A stretch of DNA of 64,000 bases from Candidatus Latescibacterota bacterium (GCA_965219455.1 OZ244744.1:3840001-3904000); one strand, 5' to 3'. Shown: positions 10,921 through 21,437, numbered from the stretch's first letter. Numbers and translations are program-made. The notes: generated by a model not told the origin, from the letters alone.

Positions 10921-11649
10921 ATGGCCGTCGTACGAACGCAGGGAGTGAAAAAGGTCTACGTCATGGGCGACGTGCAGGTAGCCGCGCTCAAGGGCGTGGA
11001 TATCGAAATTGAGCAGGGCGAGTACATTTCCATTATGGGACCTTCGGGCTCCGGGAAAACTACCCTGTTCAATATGGTCGGCGGGCTGGATAAACCCAGC
11101 GAAGGCAAGGTGTACATCGATGACGTGGACGTTGCGCAACTCGACGCTTATGAACTGGCATGGTTGCGTTGCCGGAAAATCGGGTATATTTTCCAGACGT
11201 TCAATCTGATTCCGGTGATGACGGCATTGGAGAACGTGACGCTGCCCATGGTTTTCGCGGGGCTGACCAGCGACGAGGCGCGCGACAAAGGGGTGGTGCT
11301 ATTGGGAAAGGTTGGATTGGGCGACCGTGTGTCGCATAAGCCGTTCGAACTTTCGGGCGGACAGCAACAGCGCGTGGCGGTAGCCCGGGCGTTCGCAAAC
11401 GATCCGGCGCTGATTCTGGCCGACGAACCCACCGGAAACCTGGATCTGCGTACCGGTACGGAAATTATCGAACTGCTTCGGCAGATGAACAAGGATTCTG
11501 GTGTAACCGTGGTATCGGCGACGCACGACCATAAGATGCTGAACGTTTCCGATAGGGTGGTGTGGGTGCGCGACGGGCGCGTGGATCGGGTCGTAAACCG
11601 GAGTGAGCTGAAGATCGAGGTGGGCACCATCGACGGACGGACGGCATAG
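10921..11649 (+). CDS. ABC transporter ATP-binding protein (LolD/MacB-like)
   Basis: GPSGSGKTT, LSGGQQQRVA, ILADEPTGNLD. Confidence 0.9.
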   Translation: MAVVRTQGVKKVYVMGDVQVAALKGVDIEIEQGEYISIMGPSGSGKTTLFNMVGGLDKPSEGKVYIDDVDVAQLDAYELAWLRCRKIGYIFQTFNLIPVMTALENVTLPMVFAGLTSDEARDKGVVLLGKVGLGDRVSHKPFELSGGQQQRVAVARAFANDPALILADEPTGNLDLRTGTEIIELLRQMNKDSGVTVVSATHDHKMLNVSDRVVWVRDGRVDRVVNRSELKIEVGTIDGRTA

Positions 11650-11717
11650 TCGAAGCCGCGAGAGACCATGGGCGGGCGATCCGGATCCCGCGTGGAGTCG
11701 CTGGCGAAGATGGTTTC

Positions 11718-11752
11718 AAAAGGCCCGGGAGTTTGGCTCCGGGGCCTTTTTG
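11718..11752 (+). terminator. Rho-independent (likely bidirectional) terminator
   Basis: AAAAGGCCCGGGAG-loop-CTCCGGGGCCTTTTT hairpin after the ABC operon. Confidence 0.75.
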
Positions 11753-11771
11753 ATGCGGTAAGCAGTTAGAA

Positions 11772-11798
11772 GCGGGCAACCACAAGGGTTGCCCCTAC
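11772..11798. repeat. REP-like palindrome (GTAG family); related copies at 13098-13124 and ~52738-52761
   Basis: GGGCAACCACAAGGGTTGCCCCTAC repeated intergenically. Confidence 0.7.
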
Positions 11799-11831
11799 GA
11801 ACCGGTTACGTGTTTTTGGAGGATCTTTGCT

Positions 11832-12695
11832 ATGTCCGGATGGATACCGATAGCCGCGTTGCTGGCATTTTCCGGCACGGCATTCGCACAGAGGGACTAT
11901 TCCGCGGTTGAGATTAAAGCCACCAGGCTCACGGATCGCGTCTACATGCTTGAGGGGAGCGGCGGCAACATCGGCGTGTCCGTGGGCGCGGACGGCGTCC
12001 TGATTGTCGACGATCAGTTCGCGCCGCTGGCCGGGAAGATCCGGGCCGCCATCGGCGAACTGGGCGGCGGCGATCCGACCTTTATTCTCAACACACACTT
12101 TCACGGCGATCACACGGGCGGAAATGCGCATTTCGGTGGGAAAGGCGTCATTGTCGCGCACCGGAACGTCCGAAACCGCCTTGCAGCCAGGCGTGTCGAC
12201 GACAAACCCCTGCCTTCAGCCGCCCTCCCGGAAATCACCTTCGACGAAGGACTGTCGATTCACTTCAACGGCGAGGAATTGCGCGTCGTACACTTTCCGA
12301 ATGCCCACACCGACGGCGACGGCGCCGTGTTTTTTACCGACTCCAACGTCGTCCACACCGGGGACCTCTTTTTCAACGGCAGATTTCCATACGTCGACCT
12401 CCGCGGCGGTGGAGACGTTCAGGGCTATATCGGGGCCGTCCGGTCCCTCCTGAAACAAATCCCTCCGGATGCGCGTATAATCCCCGGTCACGGACCGCTC
12501 GCAGAGCCGGCCGACCTGCGTGCGGCGCTGGAGATGCTGGAAACGTGCGCGAACCTCGTTCAGGAGGCCATCGGGGCCGGCAAGACGCGTGAGGAAGTCC
12601 AGGCCGCAGGGGTGCCGGAGAAGTGGCAATCCTGGGGCCAGGGCTGGATGAGCACCGACCGCTGGCTCGCGATCGTCTACGACAGCTACAAATAG
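11832..12695 (+). CDS. MBL-fold metallo-hydrolase (cyclase-like), secreted
   Basis: NTHFHGDHTGGN, HTDGD, IPGHG. Confidence 0.85.
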   Translation: MSGWIPIAALLAFSGTAFAQRDYSAVEIKATRLTDRVYMLEGSGGNIGVSVGADGVLIVDDQFAPLAGKIRAAIGELGGGDPTFILNTHFHGDHTGGNAHFGGKGVIVAHRNVRNRLAARRVDDKPLPSAALPEITFDEGLSIHFNGEELRVVHFPNAHTDGDGAVFFTDSNVVHTGDLFFNGRFPYVDLRGGGDVQGYIGAVRSLLKQIPPDARIIPGHGPLAEPADLRAALEMLETCANLVQEAIGAGKTREEVQAAGVPEKWQSWGQGWMSTDRWLAIVYDSYK

Positions 12696-12769
12696 GCTGC
12701 ACGAGGGCAGACCGGCGCCGTGCGCCGGCGGAAGGCTCAAACGTCCAACCAATCTGAGGAGGCACACCC

Positions 12770-13087
12770 ATGATAATGACCACCACACCCGGTATCGAAG
12801 GCAAAACCATCCGCGACTACAGGGGCATCGTCACCGGGGAGGCGATTCTCGGCGCGAATATTTTCAAGGACTTTTTCGCAGGAATCCGGGACATCGTGGG
12901 CGGGCGTTCGGCCGCTTATGAAAAGGAACTGAAGCGAGCCCGCGAGATCGCGCTTGGTGAGATGGAGGAAGCGGCCCGCCAGCAGGGCGGCAACGCCGTT
13001 GTGGGCATCGACCTGGATTACGAAGTCGTGGGAGGCGGCAGCATGCTGATGGTCTCGGTCAGCGGAACGGCGGTATTGATCGACTGA
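12770..13087 (+). CDS. ybjQ: YbjQ/UPF0145 heavy-metal-binding family protein
   Basis: [25 protein letters not shown]. Confidence 0.9.
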   Translation: MIMTTTPGIEGKTIRDYRGIVTGEAILGANIFKDFFAGIRDIVGGRSAAYEKELKRAREIALGEMEEAARQQGGNAVVGIDLDYEVVGGGSMLMVSVSGTAVLID

Positions 13088-13236
13088 CCGGCGCGAAGCG
13101 GGCAACCACAAGGGTCGCCCCTACATACACGCTTCCGGCTGTTGGTTAAACGCCGAACGCGTCTTGCACAGGTTACTGAAATTCGCTATGATTCAAAGAA
13201 TTCAATAGTGAAACCTGTTCACTAGGAGAACGGCCA

Positions 13237-13599
13237 ATGGGCGCGACCTATGTTGACGTAACCATCCGCAACCCCGCGGATCCGGGACGCAGCTGGACAG
13301 GCAGTTTCCTCGTCGATACAGGCGCGTTCGATTCGCTCGTGCCACGGGTGCAACTCGATGCGATCGGGCTCACACCGAGAGGCAGCCGCGAGTACGTGCT
13401 TGCAGACGGAAAATCCGTCGCCATGGACATCACGATAGCGGAACTTGAGTTTGAGGGTGAAGTCGTGGGCGGAACCATTGTCTATGGGGATGTGGGCGCC
13501 GAACCTCTACTCGGCGTAACTGCTCTGGAATCAGGCGGATTCGAAGTCGACCCTCGCAATGAAGAATTAAAGCGGCTGCCGGCGGTTCTGTTGAAATGA
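13237..13599 (+). CDS. Clan AA (retropepsin-like) aspartic protease
   Basis: FLVDTGA, LLGVTALE; GGAG RBS. Confidence 0.85.
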   Translation: MGATYVDVTIRNPADPGRSWTGSFLVDTGAFDSLVPRVQLDAIGLTPRGSREYVLADGKSVAMDITIAELEFEGEVVGGTIVYGDVGAEPLLGVTALESGGFEVDPRNEELKRLPAVLLK

Positions 13600-13725
13600 C
13601 GTGGAGGAGCCGGCGTAGAACTCATAGCAATCTCTCTTGTCATATTTCGGCTTGACAAGACCCCCGGATACGTAAGATTTCTACTTAAACTGAGCACACG
13701 GCAAATCCATCCTCCGGGGTATCAC

Positions 13726-13974
13726 ATGAACGGTAAGATCTTCAATGAAGACAATCTTCGATTCGCCATTTTTCTACTGGCCTTATGGGGATCTCTATGG
13801 AGTTTCTCATCTGGAATCAACCAAAGAATAGATAGACTCGAAGATCGACTGACTCAAAGCATAGGCAAATTAGAAAATAAAATGGAAACAAGGTTTGACG
13901 CGATTGATTCACGTTTGGATTCCTTCGGGGAGCGCATTGCCGCGAACGAAGCAAAAATAAACGCCAAAGAGTAA
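13726..13974 (+). CDS. Small TM + coiled-coil hypothetical protein
   Basis: Hydrophobic N-terminus then heptad-like RIDRLEDRL..RFDAIDSRL; low GC. Confidence 0.6.
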   Translation: MNGKIFNEDNLRFAIFLLALWGSLWSFSSGINQRIDRLEDRLTQSIGKLENKMETRFDAIDSRLDSFGERIAANEAKINAKE

Positions 13975-14573
13975 AACCATCCGCCCGACAATCCCGCCAA
14001 CATCCCACCTGCCAGTATAACCTATTGGCAGGCTTTGTTATGCCATCCTGCCTGAATTGCGATCCCCCTCCCACTGTCATCCTGAGGAGGCCGCCCTGCC
14101 TGCCGGAGAATCATTGGCAGGCAGGCTGACGAAGGATCTACTGCGGCATGGGACCATTCCCGCACGAGTTGCCGGTGTCGAAACCTGAGAGGCGGCACGT
14201 CCGCCCCTTCTTGCGGCGTCGGTTCTCTGTTGTTTCCCATAGCGACGTCGAAAAAAGAAAAACGGCATGCGATTCGAATCGCTATCGCGAATCCGTGTCT
14301 CATTGGGCGAAAAAACACAAGAATTCACCAAGAATTCATCACAAACAGCCTGCATTTCAGTGATAATTCAACAAATATGTGTTAATTTGCCGTGTACACC
14401 GACGCAATTTGCAACACATTTGTTTACCATCGAGCCGCTGAGTCACCCTCGCGCGGTACCGTCCGTAGATTCGAGTCAGAATGCCGTCCCTGGATTCCAC
14501 GGCCCCGGGCAGCGGCGGGCGACGGTTGCGGTTCACGAATTAAAGAGGTTACGTGACAATTTCCTTTATTTCA

Positions 14574-14592
14574 TGTCGCAATAGTTGCGACA
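14574..14592. promoter_or_regulatory. Palindromic operator TGTCGCA-N5-TGCGACA upstream of the WYL gene
   Basis: Perfect inverted repeat 32 bp before the ATG; recurs at 46475, 50290, 52849. Confidence 0.6.
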
Positions 14593-14624
14593 ATCCGTAG
14601 TTACGTTTTCGCGGAGGATTCCAA

Positions 14625-15593
14625 ATGGAACGAACGATGAGCCGCGCCGCGCGGCTCAAGGCGATCGAAACCTTTCTCTATCGATCCGCGGGCGGAAGGA
14701 GAGCGACCGATATCGCCGCGCGATTCGGCGTGCATCGAAGTACGGTGTACCGGGACATTCAGTCGCTGGGGGAGGCGGGTTCACCGATTTGGGAGGATAA
14801 CGGGCGGTTCGGCGTGCTGAAGGACAAGTATCTGACCACCGTCCGGGTGAATCTGCACGAGGCGCTCGCGCTCTACCTGGCCGCGCGCCTGCTCTCCGCG
14901 CACAGCGACGAACACAATCCCCACGTGGTGTCCGCCCTCGAGAAACTCTCAAGCGCAATACCCGAGTCCATTGGCGAACACATCAATCGGACCGCGGCGG
15001 TCGCCGACAAACGCAGACCCGATCCCGATCATATCCGCGTTCTGGAAACGCTCACGCGCGCCTGGTCCGAACGCAGGCAGGTGCGTCTGATCTACCACAA
15101 CCCGCAAACCGGCGAAACCACCGGGCGCACGATAGATCCCTACTTTATCGAGCCGTCACCCGTGGGATACGCAAGCTATGTTATCGGATATGACCATTTG
15201 CGGCGGGATATTCGAGAGTTCAAGGTGGAGCGCATCCAGCGGGCGACGCTGTTGGAGGCGATGTACGAAACGAGGGAAGGATTCGACCCGTACGATTTCC
15301 TGCAGCATTCGTGGGGCATTATGGGTGGGGACGAGGTTGTGGATGTCGTGCTTCGGTTTTCAGCGAAGGTAGCGTACCGCGTGCGTGAATCGGACTGGCC
15401 TGGCGTGGTGGAGGTGGCGGACGAGCCGGACGGCGGCTGCAGAATGCGGCTCACGGTGAAGCATACGCTGGAGATGAAACCGTGGATTCGAGGATGGGGG
15501 CCGGAGTGCGAGGTACTGGCGCCGGAGGACCTGAGACGGACGATTGCGGAAGATATGATTGCGGCGGGGGAGGTCTATCGCAAAAGGTCGTAA
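14625..15593 (+). CDS. WYL-domain transcriptional regulator (HTH-WYL-WCX)
   Basis: HTH (VHRSTVYRDI), YVIGYD..REFKVERI, WIRGWG. Confidence 0.9.
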   Translation: MERTMSRAARLKAIETFLYRSAGGRRATDIAARFGVHRSTVYRDIQSLGEAGSPIWEDNGRFGVLKDKYLTTVRVNLHEALALYLAARLLSAHSDEHNPHVVSALEKLSSAIPESIGEHINRTAAVADKRRPDPDHIRVLETLTRAWSERRQVRLIYHNPQTGETTGRTIDPYFIEPSPVGYASYVIGYDHLRRDIREFKVERIQRATLLEAMYETREGFDPYDFLQHSWGIMGGDEVVDVVLRFSAKVAYRVRESDWPGVVEVADEPDGGCRMRLTVKHTLEMKPWIRGWGPECEVLAPEDLRRTIAEDMIAAGEVYRKRS

Positions 15594-15810
15594 AGCAGGA
15601 ATCTCCCCCAAAACGTCCGCTACAGAGAGATTTATCTTGTCGGATGAAACGCATGGCATTGCGCGAAACGAGACGGATGTTGGGTAGTGCTCTTGCGTCT
15701 CCCACGGGTGTTGCATTTTGCAACACCCGGGAGCGCGGGGGGATCTTGCCCGCAACGTCGCGGCGCTGACATCACCCGATTGGCTTTTACTGACCGCTGC
15801 CTGCGTCTTG

Positions 15811-16122
15811 TTACTGCTTCGCCAGCGGTTCGATAGATAGCCTGAAGCCGAGGCTGTTCAGGATTTTCTCCATTGTGTCCAGACGAGGATTGCCCTTTTC
15901 GGAAAGCGCCTTGTATACGTGGGCTCGGTTCAGGTTCGCCTGCCTGGCCAATCGTCCCATCCCGCCCTGTATCGTGGCTACGTCCTTGAGTGCAAGCAGA
16001 AGGATCGATCTGTCCTTGTCTCTGGCGTAATCTTCCAGGGCGACCTCGAGGTAGGCGCGAGCGCGTTCTGGATCACTGAGGAATTCGAAATGGTGCTTTT
16101 CAAACGGGATGGAAGGCTTCAT
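15811..16122 (-). CDS. Addiction module antidote protein (HTH antitoxin)
   Basis: AYLEVALE, GGMGRLA, YKALSEKGNPRLDT. Confidence 0.85.
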   Translation of the reverse strand: MKPSIPFEKHHFEFLSDPERARAYLEVALEDYARDKDRSILLLALKDVATIQGGMGRLARQANLNRAHVYKALSEKGNPRLDTMEKILNSLGFRLSIEPLAKQ

Positions 16123-16445
16123 CGGAAACGCTCCTTGTAGTCAGCCAGGTAAGCTATCGCTCGCTCGATATCTCTCTGCTGCGTACTCTTGTCTCCGCCA
16201 CACAGCAGGAGTAGGCTGTCTGTAGCGACACGCGTGAAATAGATTCGAAAACCCGGACCGAAGTCCACGCGCATCTCAATGACACCGCCACCGATGGGCC
16301 GGTGGTCGCCCAGAAGGCCCAGACTCAAACGGCGGAGACGGGCTTCTATGCGAGCCTGTGTCCGGATATCCCGAAGCGCGCCGAACCATTCAGTAAAGGG
16401 CTGTCTGCCGTTTCGAGCGACGTATATTTCAACCGTGAACCCCAT
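16119..16445 (-). CDS. RelE/ParE family addiction module toxin
   Basis: PFTEWF, EMRVDFGPGFRIYF, LLCGGDKSTQQRDI; overlaps the antitoxin start. Confidence 0.85.
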   Translation of the reverse strand: MGFTVEIYVARNGRQPFTEWFGALRDIRTQARIEARLRRLSLGLLGDHRPIGGGVIEMRVDFGPGFRIYFTRVATDSLLLLCGGDKSTQQRDIERAIAYLADYKERFR

Positions 16446-16811
16446 CAGGTATCTAATGTACGTTATAACAGATATCATGGCAACTAAGATCCTCCGCCAC
16501 CAGGCCGTCTGCCGCACGCTGCCTGCCGGGTTCTTCCCGCCGCTGTCGCATTTTGCAACACCCGGGAGCGAGGGCATCTTGCCCTCGACGCGCTCTTTCT
16601 GGTCCTGCTACGTCACGGCGCAGGCGTGAACTGATTGGCCTTTTTGCCGTCCGCCGGGTTCTTGGCCCCTCTGTTGCATTTTGCGACACTCTTGATCACG
16701 GGCGTAACGCTTGCCCGAACGCCTGTTTTCTCGCACCGGTGTCGCGTTTGTAGCGGCGAGGATAACGTTCACATGACGTCGGCGCCATTGGCTGATCCAT
16801 GCGTGGTATCC

Positions 16812-16839
16812 GTAGGGGCGACCGGCCGGTCGCCCCTAC
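16812..16839. repeat. REP palindrome GTAGGGGCGACCGGCCGGTCGCCCCTAC; related copies ~50088-50111, 52668-52692, 54955-54980
   Basis: Perfect palindrome with GTAG end; RAYT remnant lies next to the 54955 copy. Confidence 0.75.
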
Positions 16840-17126
16840 ATAAGCAACGCGGGCGCGAGGTTTGGTGTGCCCGATTGCCCTCTTGCTTTTTCCGTCTTGC
16901 CTCTTGGCTTTTTGTCTCTGGCTGCTCGCTGCCCGCTGCATCCCCGACGCTGTTTTTACCGCGCCGTCGTTGCAAACCGCACGGGCAGCCGGCCCAAACT
17001 TGCACTGGCGCCTGGATGAGGGCCGGTAAAGTGGTCCGCAGCTTCGTCAACGGCTTGCAATGGGTACGTGAATTCACTATGATTGCAGGAAATGACGGTA
17101 TAATCCATTCGCACGGAGAACCGCGT

Positions 17127-17483
17127 GTGGGTGCAACCTACGTTGACGTAACCATCCGCAATCCTGCGGATCCGGAACGAAGTTGGACAGGCAAATTCCT
17201 CGTCGATGCCGGCGCGTTCGACTCGTTCGTGACGGGGCGCAACTCGAATCGATCAGACTTACACTGAGTAGGACGCCGCGAGTACGTAATTGAGGACGGA
17301 AAACCCGTCGCCATGGACATAACTATCGCGGAAATCGAGTTTGAGGGTGAAGTTGGGGGTGGAACCATCGTTTCTGGGATGAAGGCGCCCGACCCCCGCT
17401 CGGCGTTACGGCACTGGAACCAGGCGGATTCGAGGTCGGCCCGCGAAACGAAGAATTGAAGCAGTTGAGGGGGATTCTGTTGA
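17127..17483 (+). pseudogene. Degenerate paralog of the aspartic protease at 13237
   Basis: Nucleotide similarity to 13237-13599 with frameshifts/stop; DTG changed to DAG. Confidence 0.8.
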
Positions 17484-17589
17484 CGGGATGTGGGTAGTTG
17501 TCTTGCATAGTGAACATATTTTCACTATATTTCTAACGTACAAATTGATGGTCGTAGCACATCATACCCAGCACATCAAGATCACAACT

Positions 17590-17673
17590 ATGGAATACTA
17601 CGCACACGAAGGCCAGTCTTTGGTAGAACATCTGCGTGCGGTGGCCTTGGACCCGACTCACGTAGGGGTATAA
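17590..17673 (+). pseudogene. Remnant N-terminus of a Cas3 HD domain
   Basis: MEYYAHEGQSLVEHLRAVA resembles the Cas3'' start motif YYAH..QxLxEHL; stop after 27 codons. Confidence 0.55.
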
Positions 17674-17688
17674 CTCTGGAGGAACTGG

Positions 17689-18318
17689 ATGAAATCCTAT
17701 ACAGTGCAACTCGAAATTGCCGGTCCTACGGCCATGTGGACTCGGCCGGACACCGGATCGTCACCGGTGTCTTATGTGGCACCTACCTTCAGTGCAGTGA
17801 AAGGAATCTTTGAGTCTGTCCTTCGTTGGAAATCCGCAAATGTGCGCCCGGTGAAAGTGGAAATATGCCGGCCAGTCCAGTTTCATCGTTACGTCACCAA
17901 CTACGGCGGGCCATTGCGTGCATCTGACGCAATAAGGAAAGGCGCATCATTCCAGTTATTTGCGATGGTGCTGGTGAACGTTTGCTACCGGCTCTACGCT
18001 GAGGTGGACTGGAATCGCGGGCCAAACGGGGAACGGGCGCAGGCACCTGATGGTCAATGTTCACCTCATGCTTTTCAGGATGCCTTCAACCGTCGGTTGG
18101 TGAACGGCCAGTGGTTTTATACGCCCTGCCTCGGGTGGAAGGAGTTCGCCCCGGATTATATGGGGCCGTTTCGTCCAGAGACATGCGTGTGCGAAAGCGA
18201 AAGTCACGAATTGCCCTCCATGTTGCGCATGGTATTTGACCGCCCGCAGCAAGGTTGCATCAAGCCAAGCTTCAGCCAGGGAATGAAAGTTGAGAAAGGA
18301 GTCCTGGTCTATGCTTAA
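17689..18318 (+). CDS. cas5: Cas5 (type I-C-like)
   Basis: LEIAGPTAMWTRPD..VSY..PTFSAVKGIFE, PCLGWKEF. Confidence 0.85.
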   Translation: MKSYTVQLEIAGPTAMWTRPDTGSSPVSYVAPTFSAVKGIFESVLRWKSANVRPVKVEICRPVQFHRYVTNYGGPLRASDAIRKGASFQLFAMVLVNVCYRLYAEVDWNRGPNGERAQAPDGQCSPHAFQDAFNRRLVNGQWFYTPCLGWKEFAPDYMGPFRPETCVCESESHELPSMLRMVFDRPQQGCIKPSFSQGMKVEKGVLVYA

Positions 18319-20506
18319 TGAACTGTATCAGGTCTCGCAGAGTCTGGAGCGCGTGGGCATCAATTTCCCATCGCGAGATTCGCGCATCAGCCCGATGGGA
18401 AAGAATAGGGAATTGTTGATCGTGCGGCTGAATGACGATGCGGAACTGTCCGACATGGAGTTCGTTTCAGGAGCAGTGGCAGCCAATCTTTATCGGGTTG
18501 AGCACGGTTCGGCGGGTTCCAGCTTCCCCGGGTTCAATCTCCCCACGCCACTTCGAGACCTCACTCAGGTATCCACTGACTTGAAACCTGTTTTGCAGCG
18601 GCTCAGTGACCTTTGGAAAAAAAAGGATTCATCTACAGAGCAGATTCACGATGCCATGAAGGAACTCGCTCAATTGTCTTGTGGGTACCCATTCACCGGC
18701 AGTCAATGCAAGCAGTTCAAGCGCTCGGTCATCGAGTTGGTTCAGGAGCTTCAAGGCACGTTCTGCAAGGCCGGGCCGGAACTGACCAGCTTCAAACGAC
18801 TTTTGGATGTGGTCGGACGAGCCGAACTCGACTTAGAGCGGTTCGTCCAGAACCTAACGAACGCCTTGCTTCGGACGGCGAAGACAACAGACCGCAAGAC
18901 CCTCTCCTCAATTCAGGGAGTCTTATTCGGTGTGCTTGATTGGAAAAAGCGCAGTGCCGATTTGGGAACAGTCGAATACGAAGAAGAAAAGGCAAAGCGA
19001 GATAAAAACGCCAATCAACCTATTTATCTGGATGTAGCAAATATGGATCACAGATTCAAGCCCGTCGCTCATCAGGATACGAGTAAAGCGATAAACAAAA
19101 TTCTGGTCCAGCAATCCAATGCGGAAGATCAGACTGATCAAAGTGTGGTTGACGCCTTTGGAAGTCGAGGTTCATTGCAGGACAAGTATCCAACGCCAAA
19201 GATCGCAAAACTCGGTGATATGAAGCTTTTTTCAGTGAATACGAACGAAATTTCAGCATTGAATCGCTATGGACTGAAGGGATCCAAGCAGTTCCCAGCA
19301 TCCACTCAGGTCGTACAGAAGATGAGCGACGTTCTGCTCTACTTGGGTGATGAAGGAAGAGAAGAGGGCGTTACTTGGAAGCCAGTCCCGGGTAACCTTG
19401 TGGACAGAAAGGGTAAAAACAAAAACGACTTGTTGATCGCCTATCTGGAGGAAGCACCGGAATTTCAGGAAGAACTGGCCGATCTATTCGGTGGCGAGGC
19501 ACCGTCCTTTGGTGATGACGATTTCGCGGCACGTACGCAGCCCGTGCTACAGGTATTAGATGCCAAGTTAAAGACGGAGCCGAACCTGAAAGTTCGACTT
19601 CTGGCGCTCTGTTCACTCGACAAGGCACGCAAGCAGATCAGCCTGCATCGCCAGTTCCGTGTGCAGGACGTCGTTCAGGCGGCTTGTGGGTGGAAGACCG
19701 GAGCCGCCAACACGCCGCCTGTTTCCATCTGGTTCTATGACAAGAAGGAAAAGAAAGCTGTATGGAAACCTCATGTTGTACCTCACCCACTTGACCTGAC
19801 ATCGGTCATAAATCGCGTCTGGAATTCCGACCCCAAGTCCGGCTTTAAATTCAAATTCCAGCGAGCTGTCATGACGTCGGACGCTTACGACGTATTCTTT
19901 GCTGACGGACCAATATCCGAGAGTAAGACGCGCTCTTGCTTTTCTCTTCTTTTGCATCGGATGTCTCCGGTCCTTGTTCGCCTCGGTGGAGTCAAGACCA
20001 GCCGTAATTGGAAAAACTTGAGTGAGACAATTCGCTGGCAATGCAGGAAGGCGATTTCACTCATCGGCATTCTCCTTCATCAACTCGAACATCGAAAGGA
20101 TCAATTTATGAAAGACTCAATCTATCAAATCGGGCGGCTGCTGGCTCTGGCCGACAGCCTGCATTTTCAATACTGTAAGTGGGTCCGCACCTCGGACGGC
20201 AAGCGCAAGAACGGCGAGGTGGATGCGCCTTCCGAATTGCTCGGCAACTCACTTTTCAACTTCGCCCTCGAAGACCCGGTAGCGGCACTCGCCCGTCTCG
20301 CCGAGCGTATTCGGCCGTACAAGGGCTGGGCAGATACCTACTCGGGTGAGGACGCAGGATTGGTTCACTGGTTTGTTCGCCAAATGGGCGAATGCGAACG
20401 CCAGTTTGATGCTACCGATCTTCCCAATCGCATGGAAGACATTCACAAAGCGCAACTCCTTCTCGGCTACTTGGCCGATCATCCGAAGACTGAAATGGAG
20501 GATTAA
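18311..20506 (+). CDS. cas8c: Divergent Cas8 large subunit with C-terminal Cas11-like region
   Basis: Position between cas5 and cas7; C-terminal YQIGRLLALAD...QLLLGY resembles Cas8c/Cas11. Confidence 0.65.
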   Translation: MLNELYQVSQSLERVGINFPSRDSRISPMGKNRELLIVRLNDDAELSDMEFVSGAVAANLYRVEHGSAGSSFPGFNLPTPLRDLTQVSTDLKPVLQRLSDLWKKKDSSTEQIHDAMKELAQLSCGYPFTGSQCKQFKRSVIELVQELQGTFCKAGPELTSFKRLLDVVGRAELDLERFVQNLTNALLRTAKTTDRKTLSSIQGVLFGVLDWKKRSADLGTVEYEEEKAKRDKNANQPIYLDVANMDHRFKPVAHQDTSKAINKILVQQSNAEDQTDQSVVDAFGSRGSLQDKYPTPKIAKLGDMKLFSVNTNEISALNRYGLKGSKQFPASTQVVQKMSDVLLYLGDEGREEGVTWKPVPGNLVDRKGKNKNDLLIAYLEEAPEFQEELADLFGGEAPSFGDDDFAARTQPVLQVLDAKLKTEPNLKVRLLALCSLDKARKQISLHRQFRVQDVVQAACGWKTGAANTPPVSIWFYDKKEKKAVWKPHVVPHPLDLTSVINRVWNSDPKSGFKFKFQRAVMTSDAYDVFFADGPISESKTRSCFSLLLHRMSPVLVRLGGVKTSRNWKNLSETIRWQCRKAISLIGILLHQLEHRKDQFMKDSIYQIGRLLALADSLHFQYCKWVRTSDGKRKNGEVDAPSELLGNSLFNFALEDPVAALARLAERIRPYKGWADTYSGEDAGLVHWFVRQMGECERQFDATDLPNRMEDIHKAQLLLGYLADHPKTEMED

Positions 20507-20511
20507 CGTAT

Positions 20512-21435
20512 ATGAATGCTAAAGAACAAAGAGACACCACCCGGGTTCCTCGAATCACTGGGCTGCTTGTCATTGAAGTCCGCAAATCCAACCCCAACGG
20601 CGACCCTGAACGCGAAAGTTCGCCGCGCCAGCGCCCAGACGCCAAAGGCGAGATCTCGCCGGTGTCCATCAAACGCAAGCTCCGTGATCTGGTCTTGGAA
20701 AAAGAGGGCGTGGTCTGGCAGGAGCTCAAGGGCAAACTGGAAATTCAGAGTGACCAGCAGTTCCAGATTCTCGAGTATCGCGGGAGAAACCGCGACGAAA
20801 TCAGAAAACTCATGGAAACTCCGAAGGGCCAACTCTCCCAAGCGTTCAAAGATGCCTACTGGGACGGACGCCTGTTTGGGAATACGTTCCTCGAAGAAGG
20901 CGGTGGGGATACGATCCGTGCCGGGGTGGCACATTTCGGCGTCGGCGTTTCTGTGGCACCGATAGAAATCGAGTTTTCAACGTGGACGAACATGGCTGGT
21001 GTTCAAGAGGGCAAAGATCGCGGCATGGCCCCAATGGGATTTCGCGTCCTAAAACATGGCGTTTATGCTGCACCTTTTTTCGTCAATCCCAGTTTGGCCC
21101 ACAAGACGGGATGTACGAAACTCGACATTGACCTGATGCTTGAGCTTCTACCACTGGCATACGCGCATACCCGCTCGGTTGTTCGAACAATGGTCGAGGT
21201 AGTTCACGCTCACGTTTTCACCCATAATAAGCCGCTCGGTTCGCTGTCGGATTTCGCTCTACTGGATGCGCTCACGCCCCGCAAGACATCGGACCTGGAC
21301 AAGCCGTCAAACTCACTGGGCGAGTACGAGATTCCGACTTGGGATGAGATCAAAGAGAAACCTATTCGGGCCGGAGCCAAGAAAACATTTTCGGATTGCG
21401 GAACTTACCGCGACTACACACTTGATAGCGAGTAA
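20512..21435 (+). CDS. cas7: Cas7 (type I-C/Csd2-like)
   Basis: SNPNGDP...PRQ, ISPVSIKRKLRD, YWDGRLFG. Confidence 0.9.
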   Translation: MNAKEQRDTTRVPRITGLLVIEVRKSNPNGDPERESSPRQRPDAKGEISPVSIKRKLRDLVLEKEGVVWQELKGKLEIQSDQQFQILEYRGRNRDEIRKLMETPKGQLSQAFKDAYWDGRLFGNTFLEEGGGDTIRAGVAHFGVGVSVAPIEIEFSTWTNMAGVQEGKDRGMAPMGFRVLKHGVYAAPFFVNPSLAHKTGCTKLDIDLMLELLPLAYAHTRSVVRTMVEVVHAHVFTHNKPLGSLSDFALLDALTPRKTSDLDKPSNSLGEYEIPTWDEIKEKPIRAGAKKTFSDCGTYRDYTLDSE

Positions 21436-21437
21436 AC

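Noticed and set aside
17651-17669. CCCGACTCACGTAGGGG resembling a type I-E repeat fragment
   Set aside because: Too short and single-copy.
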